DNA of 64,000 nt from Acidobacteriota bacterium (lineage in GTDB: Bacteria; Acidobacteriota; Thermoanaerobaculia; Multivoradales; UBA5704), in NCBI GenBank assembly GCA_034666985.1, contig JAXDKS010000039.1, positions 9,087-73,086 on the forward strand, written 5' to 3'. Under the pieces are notes generated by a model, which saw only the letters and a program-made list of their open reading frames with translations, searched no databases and was not told where the DNA came from. Below are positions 35,120 through 44,615 of the stretch, one piece after another; position 1 is the first letter of the stretch, and every line of letters starts with the position of its first letter. A program made the translations under genes and the position numbers.

Positions 35120-36898
35120 ATGTGCGGCATCAACGGCATCGTCCGCCTCCGGGAAGAGGCGCCCCCGATCGATCGGGACGAGCTGCTGCGCACCCGCGAC
35201 GCCATGGCGGCCCGGGGGCCGGACGGCGCTGGCGCCTGGATCTCCGCCAGCGGCCGGGCGGCTCTGGCCAGCCGGCGCCTGGCCATCCTCGACCTCTCGG
35301 AGTCGGGCGCCCAGCCCATGAGCTCGGAGGACGGGCGGTTCCACATCGTCCTCAACGGCGAGATCTACAACTTCCGGGAGCTGCGCCGGGAGCTGCGCTG
35401 GGACCTGGAAACGGCGGGGGTGCGCCTGCGCTCCAGCGGCGACACCGAGGTCGTCCTCGCTCTCTACGCCCGCGAGGGAGCGGCCATGCTCTCCCGCCTG
35501 CGGGGGATGTACGGTCTGGCGATCTGGGACGAGCGGGAGAAGACCCTGCTCCTGGCCCGCGATCCCCTGGGAATCAAGCCCCTCTACCTGGCTGAAGAGG
35601 ACGGCTGCCTGCGCTTCGCCTCCCAGGTGAAGGCGCTGGAGGCGGGGGGCGCCATCTCGAAAGAGGTGGACCCGGCGGGAGTTGCGGGGTTCCTCCTCTG
35701 GGGTTCCGTCCCCGAGCCGCTGACCCTGCGCCGGGCCGTCCGGGCCTTGCCCGCGGGGCACCACGTGCTGGTCAGGGACGGCGCCGTGGGCGAGCCGCGG
35801 CCCCATGGCATGCCGGCGATCGAGTTCCTGGCGCCCGAGGCGGCGGTGGAGGAGTCGGTCGTCGCCCACCTGGTGTCGGACGTGCCGGTGGCCGTCTTCC
35901 TCTCGGCGGGGCTCGACTCGGGGTTGATCGCGGCGCTGGCCTGCCGGCACCTGCCCGAGCCGCCCGCCACCTTCACCCTGAGCTTCGACGAGCTGGCGGG
36001 CACGACCCGCGACGAGGCGCCCGTGGCCGCACACGTCGCGCGGACGCTCGGCACCCGTCACGTCGAGCGCCGGATGGGGCGGGCCGACTTCGCGGCGCTG
36101 TGGCGGGACGCCCTCGCGGCGATGGATCAGCCGAGCATCGACGGCTTCAACACCTTCGCCGTGAGCCGGGCGGCCCACGAGGCGGGGCTCAAGGTGGTGC
36201 TCTCCGGCCTGGGCGGCGACGAGGTCTTCGGCAGCTATCCCTCATTCGCCGACGTCCCCCGGATGGAGCGGACGGCGCACCGGGCGGCAAGGCTCCCCGG
36301 TCTCGCCGCAGCCTGGCCCGCCATCTCCCGGCTGGTGCCCGGCCGGCCGAAGCTCGCGGGTCTGCTGCGCTACGGCCGCACTCTGCCGGGCGCCTACTTC
36401 CTGCGCCGCGGCCTGTACCTGCCGGAGGAGCTGCCGGCGCTGATGGGGCGCGACGCCGCCGCCGAGGGGCTCGCCCGCTACGACCCCGTGGCCGACGCCG
36501 CCCGCGCCCTGGCCGCGGCCAACGGCCGCGCCGGCGACCCATGGATCGCCGTCCACGAGATGGAGACGGCCCACTACATGCGCAACCAGCTCCTGCGCGA
36601 CTCGGACTGGGCCTCCATGGCCTCGTCCGTGGAGCTGCGCGTCCCCCTGGTGGACGCCTGGCTGCGGGCGCGGCTGGCCGCGGGCGGCTTCGAGCCGGCC
36701 CGCGGGCAAGGCAAGGCGGAACTCGTCCGGCGGCTCGCCCCCGAGCTGCCGGACGCCGTCTTCGCCCGGCCGAAGTCCGGTTTCTATATCCCCGTCATGG
36801 ATTGGCTGCAACCGGAACCGGGGACGAGCCTGGGAGATCAGTCTCGGCGCCTGGCCCTGCGGGTGCTGGAGGAATCGGGCGTGGAGATCGGCGCATGA
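35120..36898 (+). CDS. asparagine synthase (glutamine-hydrolysing) family amidotransferase
   Basis: 592 aa. It has the N-terminal nucleophile MCGI, NGEIYNFRELR, and the synthetase domain SGGLDS-like segment (FLSAGLDSGL). Confidence 0.9.
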   Translation: MCGINGIVRLREEAPPIDRDELLRTRDAMAARGPDGAGAWISASGRAALASRRLAILDLSESGAQPMSSEDGRFHIVLNGEIYNFRELRRELRWDLETAGVRLRSSGDTEVVLALYAREGAAMLSRLRGMYGLAIWDEREKTLLLARDPLGIKPLYLAEEDGCLRFASQVKALEAGGAISKEVDPAGVAGFLLWGSVPEPLTLRRAVRALPAGHHVLVRDGAVGEPRPHGMPAIEFLAPEAAVEESVVAHLVSDVPVAVFLSAGLDSGLIAALACRHLPEPPATFTLSFDELAGTTRDEAPVAAHVARTLGTRHVERRMGRADFAALWRDALAAMDQPSIDGFNTFAVSRAAHEAGLKVVLSGLGGDEVFGSYPSFADVPRMERTAHRAARLPGLAAAWPAISRLVPGRPKLAGLLRYGRTLPGAYFLRRGLYLPEELPALMGRDAAAEGLARYDPVADAARALAAANGRAGDPWIAVHEMETAHYMRNQLLRDSDWASMASSVELRVPLVDAWLRARLAAGGFEPARGQGKAELVRRLAPELPDAVFARPKSGFYIPVMDWLQPEPGTSLGDQSRRLALRVLEESGVEIGA

Positions 36899-38202
36899 GC
36901 ACGGCGGCCGAGGAGATCCGTCTCGGGCGGCGCACCCTCTTCAGACGGCGGCTCGCCGACTGGACGAAGATCCTCTCGGCCTATTTCACCACCCAGACCC
37001 TCACCCAGCTCCTGGGGATCGCCTCCGGCCTGCTGTTCGTCAACTTCATGCCGGTACGGGAGTTCGCCCTCTATACCCTGGCCTTTTCGGTGATCACCTT
37101 CTTCAACTTCGTCTCCGACCTCGGGAGCACCACCTCGCTGGTCTACTTCTTCCGTCACGCGCGGGGGGCAGAGGAGGAGGTCGGGCGCTACGTGGCCGCC
37201 GTCCTGTCGCTGCGGCGGCTGGCGTTCCTGCTCGGGGCCGGCGCGGTCCTGCTGGCCTTCCCCCGCATCGCGGCGGCCAAGGGGTTCGGGCTGCGGGAGT
37301 CGCTGCTGGCGACGGCGGGCATCCTGCTCTGCGTCTGGTTCCAGGTCAGCTCGTCGGTGCGGGTGCTGGCGCTGCGCCTCGCCGACCGCTACGGCCTGTC
37401 CTACCGGGCGGAGCTGACCGGCGGCGGAGTGCGCCTGCTGCTCGCGCTGGTCCTGGTGGCCGCCGGGCTGCTGTGGGCCTGGCTCGGGGTGCTGGTCTCC
37501 TCCCTCGGCGCGGCGGCTACGGCCCTCGTCGCCCGCCCGGGACCCGAGACCCGGACGGCGGCGGAGCTCCGCCCCTACCGCGCCAAGGTCCTCCGCTATC
37601 TGCTGCCGAGCCTGCCGAGCGCCCTCTACTTCTCCATCCAGGGCCCGCTCACCGTCTGGCTCGCCACCACCTTCGGCTCGACGCGGAATATGGCGGAGGT
37701 GGGGGCCCTCGGGCGGCTCGGGCTGGTGGTGGGGATCTTCTCCAGCCTGACCGGGGTGGTGTTCCTGCCGCGCCTGGCGAGGATCCACGACGAACGGGTC
37801 TACCGCGCCCGCTATCTCCAGTTCGGCGCCCTGCTGCTGGCCGTGGCCGCCGCTCTGGTCCTGACCTCGGCCGCCGTCCCCGGGCTGCTGCTGGCGCTGC
37901 TGGGCAAACAGTACGCCGGACTGCGCCACGAGCTGGTGCTGGTGGTGAGTGGCGCCGGGCTCACGCTGCTGGGCGGCTACGCCGTCGCCGTCAACCTCTC
38001 CCGCTCGTGGAACCGCTGGGAGGGGCTCGCCGTGGTCGCGCTCATCGCCGTGCAGGCCGTGCTGGTGGCCCGGCTGCCCCTGTCCACCACCTCCGGCGTG
38101 CTGACGTTCAACGTCCTGACCGCCGCCACGGGACTGCTGCTGCAGCTCGTCATAGCCCTCGGAGGCTTCACGCGGCCGGAATGGGTGCGATGGATGAACT
38201 GA
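36895..38202 (+). CDS. polysaccharide flippase (Wzx-like, MOP superfamily)
   Basis: ATG 36895 overlaps the preceding stop (ATGA). The 435-aa product has many hydrophobic segments and sits in a glycan-locus context. Confidence 0.6.
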   Translation: MSTAAEEIRLGRRTLFRRRLADWTKILSAYFTTQTLTQLLGIASGLLFVNFMPVREFALYTLAFSVITFFNFVSDLGSTTSLVYFFRHARGAEEEVGRYVAAVLSLRRLAFLLGAGAVLLAFPRIAAAKGFGLRESLLATAGILLCVWFQVSSSVRVLALRLADRYGLSYRAELTGGGVRLLLALVLVAAGLLWAWLGVLVSSLGAAATALVARPGPETRTAAELRPYRAKVLRYLLPSLPSALYFSIQGPLTVWLATTFGSTRNMAEVGALGRLGLVVGIFSSLTGVVFLPRLARIHDERVYRARYLQFGALLLAVAAALVLTSAAVPGLLLALLGKQYAGLRHELVLVVSGAGLTLLGGYAVAVNLSRSWNRWEGLAVVALIAVQAVLVARLPLSTTSGVLTFNVLTAATGLLLQLVIALGGFTRPEWVRWMN

Positions 38203-38723
38203 TCCCCAAACGGCTCAATCTCGGCTGCGGGCAACGGAAGCGGCCGGACTGCCTGAACGTCGACCTGCGTCCTGGGGTGGAGCCGGACCTGGTCTGGGAC
38301 CTCGACCGCCATCCCTATCCCCTGCCTCGCCAGCACTTCGAGTACATCTACGCCCTCGACGTGGTGGAGCACCTGGCGAACGTCCAGGACTTCGTGGAAG
38401 AGGCGCACGCGCTGCTGGCGCCGGGAGGAATCCTGGAGATCACCACCCCGCACTTCTCCTGCGCCAACTCTTTCACCGACCCGACGCACCGCCACCATCT
38501 CGGCTATTTCTCCTTCGATTACTTCACCGCCGGCTCGCAGTGGAGCTTCTACAGCGGCGTGCGCTTCGAGCTCGCCGAGCGCACGCTCGTGTTCCCCATG
38601 AGCCTTCCCGGCAAGCTGATGTCGCGCCTCGCCAACCGCCACCCGGAGCTCTACGAGCGGCGGCTGACCTGGATCTGGCCGGCGTGGTTTCTCATCTTCA
38701 AGCTGCGTGCTGTCGAGCCTTGA
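38190..38723 (+). CDS. class I SAM-dependent methyltransferase
   Basis: MDELIPKRLNLGCGQRKRPDCLNVD carries the motif I G-x-G-x-G variant LGCG, and LAPGGILEITTP follows. An alternative start is ATG 38181. Confidence 0.75.
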   Translation: MDELIPKRLNLGCGQRKRPDCLNVDLRPGVEPDLVWDLDRHPYPLPRQHFEYIYALDVVEHLANVQDFVEEAHALLAPGGILEITTPHFSCANSFTDPTHRHHLGYFSFDYFTAGSQWSFYSGVRFELAERTLVFPMSLPGKLMSRLANRHPELYERRLTWIWPAWFLIFKLRAVEP

Positions 38724-39804
38724 TTTGCTGCGGGTCGTCCACGTGAGCCCCACCTACTTCGCGCCGGAGTCCGTGCTCGGCGGCGGCGAGCGGTTCGCCG
38801 AGGAGCTGGCGCGGGCCATGGCCCTGCGGGCGACATCGGCTGAGGTCAAGCTGGTGAGCTTCGGTCCGCGGGCGTTCCGCGAACGGCCGGCGCCCCGCTT
38901 CGAGCGGGTGATCCTGAGGAGCTGGACGGACGCACGAAAGGTCCCCTTCTCCCCCGCCCTGGCCCGCGAGCTGCGCGGCGCGGACGTGATCCACTGCCAC
39001 CAGTACTTCGTGCTACCCACCTTTCTCGCCGCTCTGCTCGGCCGGCTGCGGGGGAGCCGAGTCTTCGTCTCCGACCTGGGTGGCGGCGGCTGGACCCCGG
39101 GCTACCACGTCGACCAGTCGCGGTGGATCACGGCCCATCTGCCGATCTCAGAGTACGCCGCCCGCGAGCTGCCCGGCCGCAATCGTCTCCACCGGCGGCA
39201 CCGGGTGATCTATGGCGGCGTCGATCCCCATCTCTATCCCATGCGCCCGGAGCCGGCCCACGACGGATCGCTGGTCTTCCTCGGGCGGGTGCTGCCGCAC
39301 AAAGGGATCCACTTCCTGATCGAGGGGCTGCCACCCGGCGTCGTCCTCCACGTCGTCGGTCCGCAGACGGACCCCGCTTACCTGGAGCGTCTGCAAGCCC
39401 GGGCAGCGGGCCGGGAGGTGACGTTCCACGGCGCCCTGCCCGACGGCGAGGTGAGGGCACTCCTGGGGCGGGCCATGGCGCTGGTCCACCCAACTCCCGT
39501 GGACGAGCACGGGTCGGCCGGCGTCCACGAGCTGTTCGGTCTGGCGCTGGTGGAGGCGATGGCCCGGGGCTGCCCGGTGATCGCCTCCGACGCGGCCTCG
39601 CTGCCGGAGATCGTGACGCCGGAGGTCAACGGCTTTCTGGTGCCGCCGAACCGGCCGCAGGCGATCGGCGAGGCGATTCTGCGGCTGCGGGACGATCCGG
39701 CGCTCTGGGCTCGCCTGTCGGTGGGAGCCCGCCGCACGGTGGAGGAGCGGTTCACCTGGGAGGGGGTGGTGGAGCGGTGCCTGGAGGCCTACGCGGAGCC
39801 ATGA
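38707..39804 (+). CDS. glycosyltransferase family 4
   Basis: It has RVVHVSPTYF at the N-terminus and the E-x7-E region HELFGLALVEAMARGCPVIAS. The start may instead be TTG 38725, just after the upstream stop at 38723. Confidence 0.85.
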   Translation: MLSSLDLLRVVHVSPTYFAPESVLGGGERFAEELARAMALRATSAEVKLVSFGPRAFRERPAPRFERVILRSWTDARKVPFSPALARELRGADVIHCHQYFVLPTFLAALLGRLRGSRVFVSDLGGGGWTPGYHVDQSRWITAHLPISEYAARELPGRNRLHRRHRVIYGGVDPHLYPMRPEPAHDGSLVFLGRVLPHKGIHFLIEGLPPGVVLHVVGPQTDPAYLERLQARAAGREVTFHGALPDGEVRALLGRAMALVHPTPVDEHGSAGVHELFGLALVEAMARGCPVIASDAASLPEIVTPEVNGFLVPPNRPQAIGEAILRLRDDPALWARLSVGARRTVEERFTWEGVVERCLEAYAEP

Positions 39805-41102
39805 GCGAGAGAGAGACTGAGAGAGAGACCGCTCTCCCGGAACGCGCCCGGGGGTGGGTGGCGCTGGCGGCCCTGCTGGCCTGGCCCCTCCTCCTGCTCC
39901 TCGACACGGGGGTCGCGCTGGCGCGGGGCTGGCGGACGCAGGGCGTGCTGGCGCGGGCGGCGGCCGGCGGCTGCGGCCTCGCCGTCCTGCTGGGGCTGGC
40001 GCTCTGGGGGTTGCCGGCGGGGCGGCGGCTCCTGACCCGGCGCTGGACCGCCGTCGCCACGCTCGTGGTCGCGCTGTCTCTGGGCTGGATGGCCGTCGAG
40101 GGGCTCGCCGCGACGTTCCCATCGCTCCTCGGCAACCGCCTGGGGCACTCGCGCGGACCGGGGGTGCACCGGATCTTCCGGCCGGACCCGCGAACCTTCA
40201 CCGGCATCCACGGCCCGTCGCGCTACACCACCAACGACCTGGGGATCCGCGGCGGTCCACTGCCGGCCGCGTCCGGCGTCACCCGGCTCCTGTGCATCGG
40301 CGCCAGCACCACGGAATGCACCTATCTGGACGACGAGGAGACCTGGCCGCACCTGCTGATGGCGGATCTCGAGCGCGGCTCCGGCCGCCGGACGTGGGTG
40401 GGCGGCCTCGGCATCTCGGGCTACACCACGTTCGAGCATCTCGACTTCCTGCGCCACGCGCCGCGGCTGCCCGTCGACGGCGCCGTCTTCCTCCTCGGCG
40501 TCAACGACTTCGTCCGCGCTCTCAACGGCTCGCTGGAGCTGGGGCCGCGGCCGCTGTGGCGGCGCTCGGCGCTGCTGAGCGCCGCGCTGGAGGCCGGCAA
40601 GCGGGCCACCCTGCGCCACCTCCTCTACGAGGTGGAGGACGAGACGGGGTCCCACGTCGAGGAGCGGCGCAAGCTGCGGCGGCAGGCCGGGCGGGCCGGC
40701 GACCTGCCGGAGCTCAGGCAAGCCTTGCGCGACTACGGCGGGCGGGTTGCCGCCCTCGCCGGGGAGTGCCGGCGCCGGGGACTGCGCTGCCTGTTCCTGA
40801 CCCAGCCCGTGCTCTGGCGCCAGGACCTCGCGGGCCGCGCCCTCGACTCGCTGTGGATGGGAGCCGACGACGACGGCCGGTTCTTCCCGCCCGGCCCGCT
40901 GCGGCAGGGGATGGACCGCTACAACGCCGTCCTCCTGGCCCAGTGCTCGCGCCTGGGGCTGGAGTGCGTGGACCTCGCGCCGGCGATGAGCGGCCGGGAG
41001 GAGCTGTTCTTCGACGATTGCCACTTCACGGAGGAGGGCGCCCGAGAGGTGGCCCGCCTCGCCGCCGGCTATCTCCTCTCGCATCCGGCGGGGCAGGGGT
41101 GA
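39801..41102 (+). CDS. membrane-anchored SGNH/GDSL-type hydrolase or acyl-esterase
   Basis: ATG 39801 is in an ATGA overlap. Hydrophobic N-terminal segments are followed by LLCIGASTTEC (block I-like) and FFDDCHFTEEG (block V D-x-x-H). Confidence 0.6.
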   Translation: MSERETERETALPERARGWVALAALLAWPLLLLLDTGVALARGWRTQGVLARAAAGGCGLAVLLGLALWGLPAGRRLLTRRWTAVATLVVALSLGWMAVEGLAATFPSLLGNRLGHSRGPGVHRIFRPDPRTFTGIHGPSRYTTNDLGIRGGPLPAASGVTRLLCIGASTTECTYLDDEETWPHLLMADLERGSGRRTWVGGLGISGYTTFEHLDFLRHAPRLPVDGAVFLLGVNDFVRALNGSLELGPRPLWRRSALLSAALEAGKRATLRHLLYEVEDETGSHVEERRKLRRQAGRAGDLPELRQALRDYGGRVAALAGECRRRGLRCLFLTQPVLWRQDLAGRALDSLWMGADDDGRFFPPGPLRQGMDRYNAVLLAQCSRLGLECVDLAPAMSGREELFFDDCHFTEEGAREVARLAAGYLLSHPAGQG

Positions 41103-42124
41103 GCGGCCTCCCCGTGGTGGTGCAGATCGTGCCCCGCCTGCCACCCCCCTTCGAAGGGGTCGGAAGCTTCGCCGAGGGCTTGGCCACGACGCTGCACGAG
41201 GCCTCGGGGATCGCCAGCCGGCTCCTCGCCGCCGGCTCAGGAGCTCCGGGCGCCGTTTCCGAGGCGGCGGCGCTCGCCGCCCGCCTGGAGCGGGAGGCGG
41301 GTGCGGGTCCCGTGCTCCTGCACTACGTGGGCTACGGCTACCATCCCCGCGGCTGCCCGGGCTGGCTGGTGGACGGGCTCGCCGCCTGGAAGAGGAGCGG
41401 CGGGCGCCGGCTGGTGACCCTGTTCCACGAGGTCTATGCCTCCGGCCCGCCCTGGCGCAGCTCCTTCTGGCTGTCGCCCGCGCAGCGCCGGCTGGCCGCC
41501 CGGCTGGCGGGCTTGAGCGACGGCCGGGTGACCAGCCTCGCCCTCTACCGGCGGCTCCTGCGACGACTTGTGCCGGAGCTGGCAGTCGCCGTGCTCCCCG
41601 TCTTCTCGACCGTGGGCGAGCCGGCCGCCGTGCTCCCCCTGGCGGCGCGGGCGCGCCGGCTGGTGGTCTTCGGCGGGCCGGGAGGCCGGGCGCGGGCCTA
41701 CCATTGCCATGCGGCGCGGCTGGCCGCGGCCTGCCGGGCGCTGGACCTGGAGGAGGTCCTGGATGTGGGGCCGCCGGGCAGCGTCCCGGTGCCGGCGGAG
41801 GTGGCGGGGCGTCCCCTGCGGCGGCTCGGTGAGTTGCCCGCCGCCGAGGTCGGCGCACTGCTCGCCCAATCGCTCGCCGGATTCGTGGCCTATCCCGCGC
41901 GCTTCCTGGCCAAGTCGACGGTGTTCGCCGCCTACTGCGCCCACGGCATGCTGCCGCTCTGCGCCGCGCGCGACGAGAACGGCGACGAGGACGAGACGCC
42001 GCCGTTCTGGGAGCCCGCGTCTGCAGAGGATCCGCAGCGGGTCGCGGACCGCGCCCGCGCCTGGTACGGCACCCATGGCGCCGGCGTCCATGCCGCCCTC
42101 TACCGCGAGCTGCTGTTCCCATGA
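41099..42124 (+). CDS. hypothetical protein, possibly a divergent GT-B-like glycosyltransferase
   Basis: GTG 41099 is in a GTGA overlap. The 341-aa product has no clear E-x7-E motif. It is called coding only because it lies in the operon and is translationally coupled on both sides. Confidence 0.35.
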   Translation: MSGLPVVVQIVPRLPPPFEGVGSFAEGLATTLHEASGIASRLLAAGSGAPGAVSEAAALAARLEREAGAGPVLLHYVGYGYHPRGCPGWLVDGLAAWKRSGGRRLVTLFHEVYASGPPWRSSFWLSPAQRRLAARLAGLSDGRVTSLALYRRLLRRLVPELAVAVLPVFSTVGEPAAVLPLAARARRLVVFGGPGGRARAYHCHAARLAAACRALDLEEVLDVGPPGSVPVPAEVAGRPLRRLGELPAAEVGALLAQSLAGFVAYPARFLAKSTVFAAYCAHGMLPLCAARDENGDEDETPPFWEPASAEDPQRVADRARAWYGTHGAGVHAALYRELLFP

Positions 42125-43146
42125 AGGTCCTGACCTACACCCCCGCCTTCCTGCCGCAGGTGGGTGGCCTGGAGATCAATGCCGCCCACCTCGCGACGCA
42201 GCTCTCCCGCCATGGCCTGGAGGTCGTGGTGGTGACGCGCACGGCGAGCGACCAGCCGGACAGCGGGCCCTACCGGGTCGTCCGCGATCCTTCGCCCTGG
42301 GAGCTGCTGCGCTGGACCCGCTGGTGCGACGTCTTCCTGCAGCACAACGTCAGTCTGCGGGGGCTCTGGCCGCTGCTCCTGGTGCGCCGGCCGTGGGTGG
42401 CGTCGCACCATAGCTGGTATTGCCGCAGCGACGGCCGCGTGGCTTGGCAGGACCGCCTCAAGCGCCGCCTCCTGCGCCACGCCGCCGCCTCGATCGCCAT
42501 CAGCCGGGCGGTGGCCGACGACCTGGATACCCCGTCCGTCGTGATCCCCAACACCTACCGCGACCACCTCTTCCGCGTGCTGCCCGGTGTCGCCCGCGAG
42601 CGGGACCTGGCCTTCCTCGGCCGCCTGGTGTCGGACAAGGGGCTCGACCTGCTGATCGACGCCCTGGGGCTCCTCGCCGCGAAGGGGCTCCGGCCGAAGC
42701 TGGCCGTGATCGGGGAAGGGCCGGAGAGGCCCCGCATCGAGGAGCGGGCCCGGCAGCTCGGGGTGGCCGCGCAGGTCGAGCTCATGGGCGTGCGCCAGGG
42801 CGAGGAGCTGGCGCGGCTGCTCAACGAGCACCGCGTGCTGGTCGTCCCCTCACGTTACCGGGAGCCCTTCGGCATCGTGGCCCTCGAGGGGATCGCCTGC
42901 GGCTGCCTGGTGGTGGGCTCGGAGGGGGGCGGGCTCAAGGACGCGATCGGCCCGTGCGGGCTGACCTTCCCCAATGGGGACGCCGCGGCGCTGGCCGCGG
43001 CCCTCGAGCGGGCACTGAGCGATCCGGAGCTGGCCCGCACCCTGCGGCGCGGCGCGGCGGAGCACCTCGCTGCCCACGGCACCGAGGCCATCGCCCTCGC
43101 CTACCTCCGGGAGCTCGAGCGGGCGGCGGGAGGGGTGCGGTCATGA
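42121..43146 (+). CDS. glycosyltransferase family 4
   Basis: It starts MKVLTYTPAFLPQVGGLE and has the E-x7-E region VPSRYREPFGIVALEGIACGCLVVGS. Confidence 0.85.
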   Translation: MKVLTYTPAFLPQVGGLEINAAHLATQLSRHGLEVVVVTRTASDQPDSGPYRVVRDPSPWELLRWTRWCDVFLQHNVSLRGLWPLLLVRRPWVASHHSWYCRSDGRVAWQDRLKRRLLRHAAASIAISRAVADDLDTPSVVIPNTYRDHLFRVLPGVARERDLAFLGRLVSDKGLDLLIDALGLLAAKGLRPKLAVIGEGPERPRIEERARQLGVAAQVELMGVRQGEELARLLNEHRVLVVPSRYREPFGIVALEGIACGCLVVGSEGGGLKDAIGPCGLTFPNGDAAALAAALERALSDPELARTLRRGAAEHLAAHGTEAIALAYLRELERAAGGVRS

Positions 43147-44615
43147 GCCTGCGCTTCCTCCTCGTGGTGGCGGGTGGCGGCGTGCTGGCCTGGTCGGTGC
43201 GGAGCTGGCGCCAGGCGATCCGCTTCGCCCTGATCTTGCTGGTCGCCGAAGGCGCGCTGCGCAAGTGGGTCTTCCCCGGCGCCCAGGACCTGATCTACTT
43301 CGCCAAGGACGTCTTCTTCCTCGGCGCCTACGCCGGGTTCCTGCGCGACCGGGCCGCGGGAAGGATCCGCTATCACCCGCCGGCGATGCCGGTCCTCTAC
43401 TTCGCCCTCGGGATGGCGGCCGTCATCGGCGTGCTCGAGATCTTCAATCCCAATCTCCCCAACCTGCTGGTGGGCATCCTGGGGTTCAAGGCGTACTTCC
43501 TCTACGTGCCGCTGCTCTTCGTGGTGCCGGCGGTCTTCGAGAGCGACGCCGACTTCTACCGCTTCCTGCGCCGCTACGTGCTGATCGCCATCCCGGTCGG
43601 CGTGCTGGCCATCAGCCAGTTCTTCAGCCCCAGCACCAGCGTCCTCAACACCTATGCCTGGAACACCACCGACTACCAGTTCATCGCCACCTTCGGCACC
43701 TCGACCTACGTCCGCGTCACCGGCACCTTCTCCTTCATCACCGGCTATACGTCGTACCTGCTGGCGACCGCCATCCTCATCCTCACTGTGCTCGGCGCTT
43801 CCGGCTGGCGCTTCCGGGGCAACCTGCTCATCTTCACCACCTTCGGCATGACCCTGCTGGGCATGTTCATGTCCGGTTCGCGGGGACCGGTGGCGATGCT
43901 GACCCTGATCTCGCCCCTCTACTGGTGGCTGGCGGTGGCCCGCGAGGGGCGGGCCGGGGTGGTCTTCGGGCGCGCCTTGCTCGGCCTGGGGCTGGTGGCG
44001 GCGTTCCTGGCCTACTTCGGGGGCGACGCGATGGGTGCGTTCTATGGACGAGCGACACACAGCACGGATCTCCAGTCCCGCTTCTCGTCCCCCCTGCAAT
44101 CCCCGTTTCTGCTGCTGCCGGACGCCGGTCCCCTCGGTCTCGGCATCGGCGCCACCCATCAGACCGCCGCCGCGGTGACGCCCGGCATCCCGCCCTATAG
44201 CTGGCTGCACGGTCTGACGGCGGAGGTGGAGACGGGGCGCATCATGGTGGAGCTCGGCGCCGTGGGGTTCCTCGCCATCTACTTCACCCGTCTCCTGCTC
44301 GTGGCCATCGCGCTGCGGGAGGCCCTGCGGCTGCGCACCCGTTTCCACCGCGGCCTGGCCACGGCGAGCTTCCTCTTCCTCCTCATCCAGGTGTTCGGCG
44401 GCGCCGTCTTCGACGTCACCGCCGGGGTCTACTACTGGCTCTTCGCCGGGATGACGTTCCTCGCCATCCGGCTCGACGAGAAGGCGGTGGCCACGGCGGC
44501 CCGCAAGGCGGGAGCCGCCCCCGCAGTCCCGGCGGCAACCCCGGCCGCAACCCCGGCCGCAGCCCCAGTCCCGGAATCAGGCTCATGGCAACCAGCCCAA
44601 CCGGCGTCCTCGTGA
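43143..44615 (+). CDS. O-antigen ligase/polymerase family membrane protein (Wzy-like)
   Basis: ATG 43143 is in an ATGA overlap. The 490-aa product has about 10 or more hydrophobic segments, a FMSGSRGP motif and an Ala/Pro repeat tail (AATPAATPAAAP). Confidence 0.6.
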   Translation: MSLRFLLVVAGGGVLAWSVRSWRQAIRFALILLVAEGALRKWVFPGAQDLIYFAKDVFFLGAYAGFLRDRAAGRIRYHPPAMPVLYFALGMAAVIGVLEIFNPNLPNLLVGILGFKAYFLYVPLLFVVPAVFESDADFYRFLRRYVLIAIPVGVLAISQFFSPSTSVLNTYAWNTTDYQFIATFGTSTYVRVTGTFSFITGYTSYLLATAILILTVLGASGWRFRGNLLIFTTFGMTLLGMFMSGSRGPVAMLTLISPLYWWLAVAREGRAGVVFGRALLGLGLVAAFLAYFGGDAMGAFYGRATHSTDLQSRFSSPLQSPFLLLPDAGPLGLGIGATHQTAAAVTPGIPPYSWLHGLTAEVETGRIMVELGAVGFLAIYFTRLLLVAIALREALRLRTRFHRGLATASFLFLLIQVFGGAVFDVTAGVYYWLFAGMTFLAIRLDEKAVATAARKAGAAPAVPAATPAATPAAAPVPESGSWQPAQPASS

